The notes under the pieces are model-generated. The model worked only from the letters and a program-made list of their open reading frames with translations. It did not search any database and was not told where the DNA came from. Both the position numbers and the translations under genes were made by a program. Positions 37,797 through 52,400 of a stretch of 64,000 nucleotides of DNA are shown here, one piece after another. Positions within the stretch are counted from its first letter, which is position 1. Each line of letters starts with the position of its first letter. Source of the DNA: Eledone cirrhosa (Eukaryota); assembly GCA_964016885.1 (NCBI GenBank), contig OZ024763.1, positions 7,440,001 to 7,504,000 of the forward strand, written 5' to 3'.

Positions 37797-40700
37797 AGAA
37801 GAATATGTAAGAATTGGAAGATGGCTAACCATGATGAAGCAAAACAGCGAGACGGATGATGGAAATAATAAAACGTTCTTTTTCTTAACTAAATGCTGAA
37901 AAATCTAAAATCTTAGGGGAGACAGGATAAAAATATAAAGACTATTTAAATATTAGTACACTATTCCATATAAATGTCAAGACTTGAAAATATCAACATT
38001 AGTTCACTATACCAAGGATAAACACTTAGAATTACAACTTTGGAGGAGATTAATCAAACGAGTGACATGATAGTACAATGGTCATCTCTTCTTATATTTC
38101 TATGTATAACATAACAATGCTCCTTACATTTATCCCAGGTATATGGAGGGATATTCCGATGTCTATTGTTTGTAAAATAATGCAATAAGGAAACGCCATC
38201 ATCCAGTAAACTTTAGTAATACTCCAATAACGTCTCAACCGCAATTTACGGTAGAAAATAGTAAGAAAAATAAAAGTCACACTCAGCAGTTAATGCAGTG
38301 AAAACAAACAATAACAATATTATTGCTAAATAATTATAATTTCTTACATTCAATAATTCTTTTTCTTAAACACGTAATTTATTTCAAATTTGTCGTATAA
38401 TATATATACTGTTTGTGTGTCTTTGTTTGTCAAGTGATTGACGGAGAAGCCGATCGATTAAATTGAACCTATAAAAATGACTGGTACTCTATTTTTCTGC
38501 TATAAAATTGTAAATTAATATCCACCGAGAACACAAAGGTGGTGTAATATGAGTTATAAATATAAATGTTTGTTCAGGGCTTAGATGTTCAGTGTGTAAC
38601 AGGGTTATTGGTATTAAGTAACATAAAATGTCGTTAGGAGTTCAATATTTAGCTGGGGATATAGAATTTCTTTAAATTATTTATTGTACCAGTAGCGAAC
38701 TGGGATCGAAACCATTGTTATTCGGACGAAAGAAATATACAAGCTTAGCTCAATCTAGTTGGAGTTACGGGACATTACTGCAAAGCACATCACTGTAGGT
38801 TCCAATCTTACAAATAAATTGTTAAATGTCACTTTTATCAATGTAAGTCGCACACAGGATTTAGGTATGGCAGATTTGAAATTAGTGAACATTATTGCAG
38901 GTTCAAATAAACACTAGGGCGTTAAGAAATAAAATGAATATTTACTTCATGAAAGACGAAGTCGACGCTTTCTAATAACAGCAACACTAAGAAAGGCATG
39001 AACGCCACAGTAAGTAAGGTACTCAATATATATCAGAGTATAAATATTTCATATAGAAATGTCTTCTACGGGACTAGAACTGTTTCATTCGGAAAAAACC
39101 CATCAGGAAAGCCCTTGATTTCTTTCGAATGAAACCGTTCTAGTCCTGCAGAAGCCACACACACATATGTATGTATGTGTGTTCATAAGCCCAATTGTCT
39201 ATGATAATAAGGTCCCCCCCCCCCCCATCTTTGTATATTTATATGTCGATGTCTATTTCCACATCTGGTCCTCGATGTTGTCACCGCCTGCTTTACGTAG
39301 TATCTTAACTATCTAATATTTATTCAGAGAGGTTCTCCCTTCATATCACAAATATTCCTTTCTGACTCACTGAAAACTTGTCTTGCATCATCGAGTAAAA
39401 GAGATCTAAAGAATCTGTCTGATGTTGCTATATATGGATGTAGCGACCTATAACTTGTGAGGGTGTCCTAGAGGCCCCACATTGACAGTCAGGGTGTCTA
39501 GGGTACTTTGTAAAAGTTGACAGATCCCATCTCCACCCCCAGATCTCTTACAGAGAGTGAGAGAAAGGAATTGAGAAAAAGATATAGAAGAATCGACCCT
39601 AGTACTACACTGGTACTTGTTTCTAACTACCTCGAATGGTACAATAGCGAAACCTAAACTTTGATGTACCTATATAAGTCATACCTGTTCTATATGTGAT
39701 GTGCGTACATATATGTATGTAAGTGTACCTGGCGTTGCAAGTTCGGTTTTCGTAAGTGTCTGAGAATTTTTACATGAGCAAGCATGTGTCCTGATGATTA
39801 GTCAATCGTTATTATGATGGTATATGGTATGTGCTTTTAATATATATGTATGTATATTTACATAGAAGTGAGTAAATATGAATGTATGGGTATATATAAA
39901 TAAAAATGGTCTTTCTAATTGCTAATACTATCTATCGGTCGAAACTCCAGGTAGAAGTATGTGTGTGTGTGTGTGTGTGTGAAATCCTTGGTGCAGTCAG
40001 GTATATTTAAAAAAAAATAAATGACTTCATTTGTAGTTCTAAATCAAATTGTTTAGAACTACAAGTCAAGTCATTCTTTTCCTTTTTACAAATATATATA
40101 TATATATATGAAAATATAATGGGAAGAGGTGAGTATTATAACTTTTATAAGAAATAAAGATCTAAAGACGAGTGATATAATTGTTATTACAGTATTCCAG
40201 AAGTAAAATATAGATCTGAAGACGAAAGAAAATTTCATCAACGAAATCGTAATGTACACCAACGAAAATATGTCTACAGAATACAGATTAGTAAAATAAA
40301 GTTGGAGCAACTAAATGAGAGGTCACTTAACTTTACATATTTATATCGTGAAAAATGTTGATCTTCAGATATTAAATTATGGATGTGATTGTTTGTCTTT
40401 CTTTAAACACAGTCTTCTTTTTAAAATTAATTTTAGATTATTCGTACCTCATCTCTGGTCTCTTTGTTGGAGTCTACCTGTCCTGTTTATTGGTTTTATT
40501 TTAAAAGTAATCCATTGGAACATCGGATATTAAATGAAATGTTACGTAAAAGACACACCATATGTTTATTCCAGGTATTTAGAGAGATGTCCACTGACAA
40601 CAAAATAATACAATAAGGAAATGCCATCATCCAGTAAAACTTTGTAATAATCCAGTCTCGTCACACTCACCGTTTACAGTAAACAATGGTAAGAACAAAC

Positions 40701-41000
40701 AAAAACAAGAGAACTATTCAGCAGTTAATGAAGTGAATACATAAAATTAAAAAAAAAAACATTCCTGAATAAAATAAATATTTTACTTTCATTAAATTGT
40801 TTCTTTACTTTCTTTTATAAAACACATTTATTAATAGGAATTAAGCACAGCAATGTAGGTTCAAATCTTACTTGCATGTATATATAGGAACCACGTTTAA
40901 CAATTTACGCTGGAATGAGGTATGACATTATTGCAGACGGAGTTGTTGTAGGTTCAAATCAAGCCTAGAGCAATGAGAAATAGTCTAGATTTACTTTACC
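37797..41000 (+). repeat. Deletion-riddled copy of 8690-13870
   Basis: Collinear blocks matching 8690-10306, 11438-12520 and 13005-13870, with internal deletions and two micro-inversions. Confidence 0.85.
39005..39155. mobile_element. Family A Penelope-like inverted relic with mutated hammerhead core
   Basis: Homologous to 11438-11602; minus-strand core reads CTGATGG. Confidence 0.65.
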
Positions 41001-41045
41001 TCACACATATTTCACGGTCATATGTCTATATATATATATAGACAT

Positions 41046-41084
<39 letters not shown>

Positions 41085-41231
41085 GATATATATATACATA
41101 CATATGTAGACATATATACATAGATATATATACATATATATGTCGACATATATACACAGATATATATACATATATATGTAGACATATATACATACATACA
41201 TACATACATAAATATATACATATATATACAT

Positions 41232-41430
41232 ATTCTTTCCTGAGACATTCTAACCACATGTCCATAGTATCAGAGCTGTGATCTCTCAGGTGGGAGAAGT
41301 AGCAGCTCTACCTGGAGTGACTCTCTGATCTACACACTTTATCAAGTAACGTTACTCCAAAGACCCTTTCGAGGAACCCCATTTTGGCTGCTTGTATTCG
41401 CTTTTAACTCTACTAACTCAGTACTAACTT
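41232..41430 (-). mobile_element. RTE (Rex3/Expander-like) LINE fragment
   Basis: Broken translation [50 protein letters not shown]. Confidence 0.8.
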
Positions 41431-41754
41431 TAGTTAAATCTACTAAATACCATAGTGCAGCACTGAAGCTCTAAAGTGCCATACTGTGGCACCCTAGTTC
41501 GGGAGTTCAATAGTGTGTTACTCTTGCTCCCTATTGCCCTATACACATACATGTATATATATATATATATACACACATATATATAAACACATACATATAT
41601 ATATATATATAAACATACATGCTTACGTATATATATATATATATTACGTGTTGAAAATTCTATCAGTTGATGAAACAACAATATGGCATTGAAATATATA
41701 TTCAACCTCAAAATTGATTTATTTTCTATTGCAGACTTCCAATGTTATGTTTAG

Positions 41755-41824
41755 AATTGTTCCTGACGATGTCTTTCTAAAGATGTGTAACATGTAATAG
41801 CAATGAAACAAGTGTTGATCAAAT
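41755..41824 (+). ncRNA. Hammerhead-like motif, family F, extended stem II
   Basis: aattgttc CTGACGA t..35 nt..t GAAAC aagt GTT gatcaaat; stem I pairs with mismatches; flanked by TA tracts. Confidence 0.55.
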
Positions 41825-42056
41825 AAATAATTTATAAACTGTTGAACTTGGTGACTTATTTCTTTGTTTTATATATATATAGAGAGAGAGAGATATGTGT
41901 GTGTGTGTGTATGTATATATATATACGGAATTATTGAATGTTCCAATCTTGCCTATATTGATGAGAAGCTAAGAGAAAACCGAACATCTGCAACAATATT
42001 GGTTCCATATTGAAAGTAGGTTGATATATATTCATTTTCAGTGAGGTTTTACATCC

Positions 42057-42257
42057 GTTTTGGTGACCCAGTGGTATGTATTAGAGGTGAATCCTTTCCT
42101 GGTTGTGAGTTCGATCTGAATCAGGATATAATCTCACTAAATCTTACATGTTTTCTCTTATAAAATGGAAAAGTAAGACCCCCTTAATGTATGTCTTCAT
42201 TGAAAACCAAACCAGGTCCTCCACCGTCTCTAATAACCCCCACTAGGCCACCGTAAC
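42057..42257. ncRNA. Diverged convergent tRNA-like cassette pair
   Basis: tgacccagtgg..gagttcgatc on +; tggcctagtgg..gagacggtggaggacctgg on -. Confidence 0.4.
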
Positions 42258-42368
42258 AATAACAGCTACAGAACTAATTGAAATTTAATATATATGAAAC
42301 TACTTTCTATTAGCAAGCAAAATAGATGTGGTTACATTCATGCTGGTTCCGTCTTATTAACACTACAT

Positions 42369-42575
42369 AGGGCGGTGTCTTGGCAGGGGCGGTGTATTAG
42401 CAGAATCGGTAGAGGTTCAAACGCTATGCTTCCCAGCATAGAGTTACGGCCCTTGCCAGTCCGAGTTCAAATCCCGCCGAGGTTAACTTTGCCTTTCATC
42501 TTTACAGGGTCAATAAAATAAAGTACCAGTAATTCACTGGGATAATTGCTGGCCTTGTGCCAAAATCAGAAACAA
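42369..42575 (+). mobile_element. tRNA-derived SINE with duplicated 5' end
   Basis: gggcggtgt occurs twice; B box gagttcaaatccc; family tail. Confidence 0.85.
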
Positions 42576-43210
42576 CATAACATATAAATATTTATTTATA
42601 TATATATGTGTGTGTTTTATTTGAACGTACAACATCGCTATATAAATCTGTTTTTATTTGTTAATAATTACATAAATGTAACTCTACAAACCCTGCTAAG
42701 GATTGAAACCCTGACTACACATTTACAGCAACAACATAATAATTTCTGGTTTAAAATAACCTTGTGTAATTCTTGGTAGAGATTGAACCTCGTCACTTTA
42801 TCTCACTGTTTAGTCTTTCCAATTAACACCCTATATAAAAGCAGTTTGTTCTGACTTCACACCTGATGTTCACAGTTGTCGAATACTTACCACCACTCAT
42901 GCTAAACACACTGCCAGTTAGATCTGGGCAGCGATGAGGGAAGGTCGTGTTACTTCTACCTCTAATGAGCAACATACATATGTTATCCATTAGAGAACAA
43001 TACACAAGAGAAAGAATTAAATTGAGAATGTCAATCTATGGAAACATCTCACAATATTTTTTGGGATGTAAGACCCCCTTAGTTTTAAGAACAAATGTAC
43101 TGAAAACACGAAATTAATTGAAATGGAACACACATAGATTTTAAGACATGTTTATTTTCAAGACAAAATGATTGGGGGAAGTGTAAATATGCAGCTACCC
43201 TTGTTCATGG

Positions 43211-43242
<32 letters not shown>

Positions 43243-43379
43243 ATGTTTATTATATTCGTACCTTTAAGGAAAGGGCAGACGGTTGTTTTTTTTTTTTGTT
43301 TTTTGTTTTTTTCGGGTAGAAAAGTACCCCTTATTCCCCACCCCACAAAAAAATATATTTCGAATATGTATGTTTTAAT

Positions 43380-43855
43380 TGAAAGGTGGCTAACCATGTT
43401 AAAGGCAAAAAGTAGCAAGTGAGACGATAGGAATAATAATTTACCTAGCTAAATGCAAACAAATTTTAAATTATCGATGAATGATATGAGCGACACCACG
43501 TAGAGTATTCCGTAGGGACATGGACGCACGACAGAAAATATTGAAAGAATCCAGAGAACAACAAAAAATAAAACAAAAGAATTAAGAAATCTGTCTTGAG
43601 AATAAAGATGTAAAAACTTCGGAATTACAACTTGGGAGGAGATATGATAGAAATATTTAAGATGATGGAAGGACTTGAAATTACGGAAGAAAATGTAAAT
43701 CTAAGAAGAGGATACCATTATACTGTTTATAAGATACAATGCTCTAAAGACATCAGAAAATATATATTTCTCAAAGAGATATTAGTGAATGGAATAGTTT
43801 AAATGATGGAGTAGACGACACAACAGTAAATGATGATAAAAATATATGACAGATG
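43380..43855 (+). mobile_element. CR1-like LINE relic, duplicate of 640-1135 (further duplicates at ~46415-47615 and ~49860-51950)
   Basis: Near identity to the copy A relics. Confidence 0.8.
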
Positions 43856-45781
43856 AAGAACGAATGAATAGATTGAATAATATTTGTGATGCTGAGTAAA
43901 AGTGAGCAGAAAGCATTGTAGTGAATTTGATCATGCTATGGCAATAAGAAAAGAACTCAGTAAATCTCGCAACGCTTCAAAATATATCAACTAACTTAGA
44001 ATGGTATCAATTGGCTTGGACATAACTACAGTTTAGTCGTCACTCCATGAATTTGTTAACGGTGAATATATTTTACATGAAAATATACAGAGATCCGTCT
44101 TCCATGATGTAGATTACGATAATGTCCGTGAAACTCATTAATTTACTTCAAATACTTTCATTATTGTATGTAGTTAAGTTCGTTAAAGATTTCGTGTACT
44201 AAAAACTTACGTACTGTGTTTGTAGTCGGCTAAATATAAACTTGAAAATTCGTTAATTATGCCTGTCTTCCAATCTCATGTTGATAAAGTATAATATCAA
44301 TCAGAATAATGTCATAGATTTTCTACATAATCGGAATGTCATTTTTAAAACTACGAATTACTTGAAAAATTACAAAACGCAACACAAAAACAATGTTTAC
44401 CTTCGAAAGTATATGTCTATAAAATATGTATTATTAGAAGTAAGTTTTAAGAAAACGAGTCAGATGTGAGAGGAGGGGCATTAAACTATATTTATGTCGT
44501 GAAAAATGTCTAACTTCAGACATTAAATTGCGGCTGAGATTCTTTCTGCTATCGAGTGTTCCTTTGAACGTCAATTTTTAAATATTTGTCTCTCTTTAAA
44601 GATGGATTATCTTTTGAAAAACTAATGTTAGATTATTCGTGGTTGGTCTGTGTGGTTTGTTTTGAAATAGAATCTCTGTCTCATAGACAGGTCAAATTTG
44701 ATCAAGTCGAACATGTCTTTAAAACGAAATATTGCGTAAAAGACACACCTTATGTTTATCTCGGGTATTGCGGTATATATCCTGATGTCTCCAGTTTGTA
44801 AAGTAATCCACAAAGCAAAAGACAACATCCAGTAAACCTTGGTAATCCAGTTTCGCCGTAGCCGCCATTTGCAATAGAATATAAGCAGAAACAAAAACAA
44901 AAGGCCACACTGGACAGTTAATGTATTGAAAATCACAATAAAAATAAAACTACTGAATAAAAATGTATTACTGTCATTATTTAATTTTTTTCATATATTT
45001 ATTGCTAACACATACTTTAACTAATATATATAGACACATAGATAAACTCTCTTTGTTTGTAACTGAGGCAAAAGTCAGAAATTTACGGGGAGAATTCGAT
45101 CGATTAAATTGTACCACTATGTGACTGGTACTATATTTTATCTATCCAAAAATAAAAATGTTAAATTAATCAGGGCCAGATTTTCACCGAGATGAGAACA
45201 CAAAAAGGTGAAGTAATATCAATTAAAAATTGAGGTGTTATTATTTTATCATTTAGTTACAAAGTCGTGTGAGACTTTGTAGTTAAGTATTTAATGTAGT
45301 TTGTGGTGCTGTCAGGAGTTCAATATTTAGCTGCGGATATAGAATTTCTTATATTTTTAAGAAACGAAAAACATATACATATCGCTATTTAGTTGAATTT
45401 GTATAAAATTACTGCAAAACATATCATTGTAGGTTCAGATCTTACACTGCTACATATATTATCTATATAGAAATCAGGTTTAACAATTTACGGGCGTATT
45501 GTACGAGGTGGGAATATTTCACACACACAAACCAGGTATGATAGATTTAAAGTTAGTAAATATTATTGTAGACGGGGACATTGTAGGTTCAAATCAACCG
45601 TAAAGCGATAAGAAACAAAGTGAAGATTTAATTTATCAAAGACCCAGGAGGATGAAAGACAGAGTCGACCCTTTTTAGTATTTATAACATTGAGTAAGGC
45701 ATGAACGCCACCACATCAATTTTGCTTGAAAATAGTAAAGTAGATTTATAAATATTAATTTTCCATAACTTTTTGTAGCAA

Positions 45782-45995
45782 GTTTCGGTGGCCTGGTGGA
45801 AGGTATGAGAGACGGTGAAGATCCTGGTCTCGGGTTCAATCTTGGCCAGGACTACAGGGGTCTTAATGAAAAAATTCAAAAATTTTTAATTTTATCTCTA
45901 GTAAAATGAAAAACGTTAGTGTAGTTCCTGGCCGAGATTGAACCCTAGACCAGGATCTTCACCGTCTCTAACACATACCATTAGCCCACAGAGAC
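45782..45995. ncRNA. Convergent tRNA-like cassette pair
   Basis: Homologous to 3070-3283 and 6530-6743. Confidence 0.55.
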
Positions 45996-48464
45996 TGCCA
46001 CAAGAGTAATATGAAAATTTATATTTATAAAGCTACTTTTCTATATCCAAGCAAACTTGATGTGGTGGCCTTCATGTCTTTTTCCAACGACCGACCTTGT
46101 ATTATATTCTTCTGGAGCTTTCAGAAACCTACCTTGTATTTCTAAGCATAATAGATGTGGCATTCATGCCTTTCTCAGCATTATCAATACTTCAAAAGGG
46201 TCGACATGGGATTTTTTTTCTTCTGGCAATTTGAGAAAATATATCTTCACTTACTTTCTTTAAGGTTCATTTCATCCTACAACCCGATAATCTGCAGTGG
46301 CCTTCTTCAACTGTCATACCTCACTATTAAATTTATTGATGTCCTTCGTTAAAAATAACCTACTGTAATTCTTGATAGAGATTCAACCCTATCACTTTAT
46401 CTCACTATTTATTCAGGGACCAAGATCGGAGAATGTTGATAAGGGCAGAAGATTGTATCCTTATTTGGTCCGACTTTCGAGTTAACCAGGTATAAAAATG
46501 GCACTATGTTGGGACTTAACACTAAACACGTGATGTTCACCGTTGTCAGCTAAACACACTGCCAGTTTGCTATCTGCAGCGGTGAAAGAAGGTCGTGTTA
46601 TTTCTACCTCTCACATACCACATACATTCTTTTATCGGTAAGATAACAATATAGAAGAGATAGAATGAATATGAGAATGTCAGTCTTTCAAAAGTATAAT
46701 TGATTATATTAGAGCAAAATCTTGAATTAACGATAGTTTGTGACACTAAACGTAAAATGGACGAAGCAACAATACGAACATTGTAAAACAAATTAATTAT
46801 TATAAGAAGGAGAAATGATTGCATCTTCAAGGGCCACACAATCTATTGAAAATCGAAATGAGATATTGATTGAAATGGAACACTCACGGAGACATCATAC
46901 GGCATTTTTCGGAATATATTGTTTCGAAGAAGAGTTATAAATAGGGATATACTTATACATGGCTAGTACAAACATATATAATTATCATATTCGTATCTTG
47001 GATGTATAAGACGCCAGCAGGTTTTAACATCGAATTTTTATGTAAAAATGTGTCTCTTGTTTCACCCACCCCAACAAAATCGGAATATGTAACAATTTGA
47101 ATTTAAGGTTAACTAACCATCTCACATAAAAAAAACCCACAACACCAAGTCGGATTATAGGAATGATAAAATATTACTATACCTACCAACATACAGAAAT
47201 ATTGAAACTCTAGATAAATGATATGTGTGATACTACTTAGAATATTATGTACAGGTATGGACACCCGACTTCCGAAAGGAGAGAGAAGCTATTGAAGGAA
47301 TCCAGAGAAGAAATAAGCATGAAATACCAGAATTATTAACAAATCTGTCTTGACAAGAAAGGTGTAAACATCTAGGTATTACAAGTTTGGAGGAGATAAA
47401 ACTAAAGGGAGACACGACAGAAATATTTATGATAATGAAAGGACTTGAAAATCAGAAGAAAATGTAAGAGGACACCATTATACTTTTTATAAGATACAAT
47501 GCTCTAAAGACATCAGAAAATATATATTTCTCAAAGAGATATTAGTGAATAGAATAGTTTAAATGATGGAGTAGACGACACAACAGTAAATGATGATAAA
47601 AAGATATGACAGATGAAGAACGAATGAATAGATTGAAATATGTGTGATGCTGAGTAAAAGTGAGCAGAAAGCATTGTCGTGAATTTGAACTTGCTATGCC
47701 TTCCAATCTCATATTGAAAACGTATAATATCAATCAGGATAATGTCAGATTTTCTAGATGATCGGAATGACAATTCTAAAACTACGAATTACTAGAAAAG
47801 ATGAAAATATAAACAAAACACATTATAATGTATACCTTCGAAGGTATATCTCTATAAAATATGTATTGGAGAATTTGAGGAAAGGAATCGGATGTGAGAG
47901 GAGGGGCATTAAACTATATTTATGTCGTGAAAAATGTCTAACTTCAGACATTAAATTGCGGCTGAGATTCTTTCTGCTATCGAGTGTTCCTTTGAACGTC
48001 AGTTTTTAAATATTTGTCTCTCTTTAAAGATGGATTATCTTTTGTAAAACTAATTTTAGATTATTCATGGCTGGTCTGTGTGGTTTGTTTTGAAATAGCA
48101 TCTCTGTCTCGTCGACAGGTCAAATTTGATCAAGTCGAACACAAGTCTTTAAAACGAAATATTGCGTGAAAGACACACCTTATGTTTATCTCGGGTATTG
48201 CGGTAAATATCCCGATGTCTCCAGTTTGTAAAGTAATCCAAGAAGCAAAAGACAACATCCAGTAAACCTTGGTAATAATCCTGTTTCGCCGTAGCCGCCA
48301 TTTGCAATAGAAAATAAGAAGAAACAAAAACAAAAGGCACACTGGGCAGTTAATGTATTGAAAATCATAATAAAAATAAAACTACTGAATAAAAATGTCT
48401 TACTGTCATTATTTAATTTTTTTCATTTATTTATTGCTAACACATACTTTAATATATACACACA

Positions 48465-48523
<59 letters not shown>

Positions 48524-49235
48524 TAGACCCACTTTGTTTGTAACTGAGGCAAAAGTCAGAAATTTACGGGGAGAATTCGATCGATTAAATTGATTCCAGT
48601 ATGTGACTGGTACTATATTTTATCTATCCAAAAATAAAAATGTTAAATTAATCAGGGCCAGATTTTCACCGAGATGAGAACGCAAGGTGAAGTAATATCA
48701 ATTAAAAATTTAGGTGTTATTATTTTATCATTTAGTTACAAAGTCGTGTGAGACTTGGTAGTTAAGTATTTAATGTAGTTTGTGGTGCTGTCAGGAGTTC
48801 AATATTTTGCTGCGGATATAGAATTTCTTTTATTTTTAAGAAACAAAAAAACATATACATATCGCTATTTAGTTGAATTTGTGTAAAATTACTGCAAAAC
48901 ATATCATTGTAGGTTCAGATCTTACACTGCTACATATATTATCTATATTGAAATCAGGTTTAACAATTTACGGGCGTATTGTACGAGGTGGGAATATTTC
49001 ACACACACACAAACCAGGTATGATAGATTTCAAGTTAGTAAATATTATTGTAGACGGGGACATTGTAGGTTCAAATCAACCGTAGAGCGATAAGAAACAA
49101 AGTGAAGATTTAATTTATGAAAGACAGAGTCGACCCTTTTGAGTAGCAATAACATTGAGTAAGGCATGAACGCCACGACGTGAATTTTGCTTGGAAATAC
49201 AAAAGTAGGTTTATATGTATGAATTTTCTCAGTGG

Positions 49236-49435
49236 TTTCTGTTGCCAAGTGGTAAGAATGAGAGACGGTGGAGATCCGGGTCTGGGGTTCGATTTCTGCC
49301 AAGATGAAGAACGTCTTTTTTTAATTTTATCTCTAATAAGAAACGAAAAAAAAATTCGGCGTAGCTCCAGTCCGAGATTGGACCCCAGACCAGGATCTCC
49401 ACCGTCTCTAACACCTACCATTAGCCCACAGAGAC
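49236..49435. ncRNA. Convergent tRNA-like cassette pair (variant not seen in copy A)
   Basis: tgccaagtgg..ggggttcgatttc on +; gggctaatgg..ggggtccaatctc on -. Confidence 0.5.
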
Positions 49436-52400
49436 AACCACAAAAGTACTATGAAAATTTATATTGATAAAGCTACTTTTCTATATCCAATCAAACTTGA
49501 TGTGGTGGCCTTCATGTTATTCGTACTACAAACGGTCATCCTTGTATTTTATTCATCTGGGGGTTTCCGAAACCTACCTTGTATTTCCAAGCATAATAGA
49601 CGCTGTGGCATTCATGCCTTTCTCAGCATTATCAATAATTCAAACGTGTCGACATTTGTTTTTATTCTTCTGGCAATTTGAGAAAATATATCTTCACTTA
49701 CTTTCTCTAAGGTTCATTTCATCCTACAACCCGATAATCTGCAGTGGCCTTCTTCAACTGTCATACCTCACTATTAAATTTATTGATGTCCTTCGTTAAA
49801 AATAACCTACTGTAATTCTTGATAGAGATTCAACCCTGTCACTTTATCTCACTGCTTATTCAGGGACCAAGGTCCTCAATCTCGGAGAATATTGATAAGG
49901 AGAGCAGATTGTATCCTTATTTGGTCCGTCTTTCCAGTTTACACGGTATATAAATGGTACTTTGTTGGGATTTAACACTAAACACGTGATGTTCACCGTT
50001 GTCAGCTAAACACACTGCCAGTTTGCTATCTGCAGCGGTGAAAGAAGGTCGTGTTATTTCTACATCTCACATACATTGTTTTATTCATTAGATAACAATA
50101 TAGAAGATAAAGAATGAATGTGAGAATGTCAGTCTTTTAAAAGTATAATTTATTATATTAGAGCAAAATCTTGAATTAACGATAGTTTGTGAAACTAAAC
50201 TTAAAATGGACGAAGCAACAATTGTATGACAAATTGTTTATTGATAAGAAGGAGAAATGATTGCATCTTCAACGGCAATACAATCTATTGAAAATCGAAC
50301 ACTTACAGAGACCTCATACAGGATTTTTCGGAATACATTTTGATGAAAATATGTTTTGAGGAAGAGTTAAAAATAGGGATATACTTATACATGGCTAGTA
50401 TATACATATATACTTTAATTATCATATTTGTATCTTGAACGTATAAGACGCCAGCAAGTTTTAACATCGAATATTGATGTAAAATTGTGTTTTTTTGTTT
50501 CACCCACCCCCAACAAATGTGGAATATGTATCAATTTGAATTTAAAGGTAGCTAACCATCTCACAGGAAAAGACCACAACACCAAGTCGGATTATAGGAA
50601 TGATGAAATATTACTTTACCTACCTAAATACAGATATATTAAAACTCTAGATAAATGATATGTGTGATACTACTTAGAATATTATTTGCAGGTATGGTCA
50701 CCCGACTTCCGAAAGGAGAGAGAAGCTATTGAAGGAATCCAGAGAAGAAAAAAGCATGAAATACCAGAATTCTTGAGAAGAAAGATGTAAAAAGCCAGGG
50801 ATTACGACTTTGGAGGAGATAAAGCTAAGGGGAGACACGACAGAAATATTTAAGATAATGAAAGGACTTGAAATTACAGAAGAAAATGTAAGAAGAGGAC
50901 ACCATTATACTGTTTATAAGATACAATGCTCTAAAGACATCAGAAAATATATATTTCTCAAAGAGATATTAGTGAATAGAATAGTTTAAATGATGGAGTA
51001 GACGACACAACAGTAAATGATTATAAAAAGATATGACAGATGAAGAACGAAATATTTGTGATGCTGAGTAAAAGTGAGCAGAAAGCATTGTAGTGAATTT
51101 GATCATGCTATGGCAATAAGAAAAGAACTCAGTAAATCTCGCAATACTTCAAAATATATCAACTAACCTAGAATTGTATCAACTGGCTTGGACATAACTA
51201 CAGTTTAGTCGTCACTCCATGTTAACGGTGAATCTAATTTCATGAAAATATACAGAGATCTGTCTTCCATCCTTGGTGTGTATATAAATGCATGGAAATA
51301 GGAAAATCTGCTTCGTAGAATCAAGACGTATCTGAGGACCTTACGATTTTCAGTCAGGTTCGATCATCAAACGAGCTTCTTATACCCCTCACAGAAGAAT
51401 TGTGAATATGTATGAATATGAATTGAAAGATGATTAACCATGTTGAAGCAAAACAGGGAGACGGATAATAGAAATAACAAAACATTCTTTTTCCTAGTTA
51501 AATGCTGAAAAATCTAAAAATCTAGATGAATATGTGTGATACCACTGAGAATATTGTTTTGGGCCTTGGTCAACTGACCTCCGAAGAAACGGTGAGGCTC
51601 TTGAAGCAACCCAGAGAGGAGAAAACAGAAGACACTAGAATTATTTAGGGATCTGTCTTGTGAAGGAAGATGAGAAACTTTTGTAAATTTAGAGGAGATA
51701 AATCTTAGGGGAGACAAGACAAAAATATAAAGACTATTTAAATATTAGTACACTATTCCATATAAATACCAAGACTTGAAAATATCAACATTAGTTCACT
51801 ATACCAAGGACAAACACATAGAATTACAACTTTGGAGGAGATTAATCAAACGAGTGACGTGATAGAAATATTTAAAATAATGAAAGTACTTCAAAATACA
51901 GAATTGGGGAAGAAAATGTAAATATAAGAAGAGATGACCATTGTACTATGTATAACATAACAATGCTCCTTACATTTATCCCAAGTATATAGAGGGATAT
52001 TCCGATGTCCACTGTTTGAAAAATAATTGTTTCTCCTTTAGGCACAAGTCCAGCAATTACCCAGTGCATTACTGGTACTTTTTGTAAAATAAAGCAATAA
52101 GGAAACAACATCATCCAGTAAACCTTAGTAATACTCCAATAACGTCTCGGCCGCCATTTACAGTAGAAAATAGTAAGAAAATTAAGTCACACTCAGCAGT
52201 TAATGCAGTGAAAACAAACAATAAAAATATTATTACTAAATAATTATAATTTCTTACTTTCAATAATTTTTTTCTTTATTAAACACGTAATTTATTTTAA
52301 ATTTGTCGTATTATATATATATATATATATATATACTGTTTGTGTGTTTTTGTTTGGCAAATGTCAAGTGATTGACGGGGTGAAGCCGATCGATTAGATT

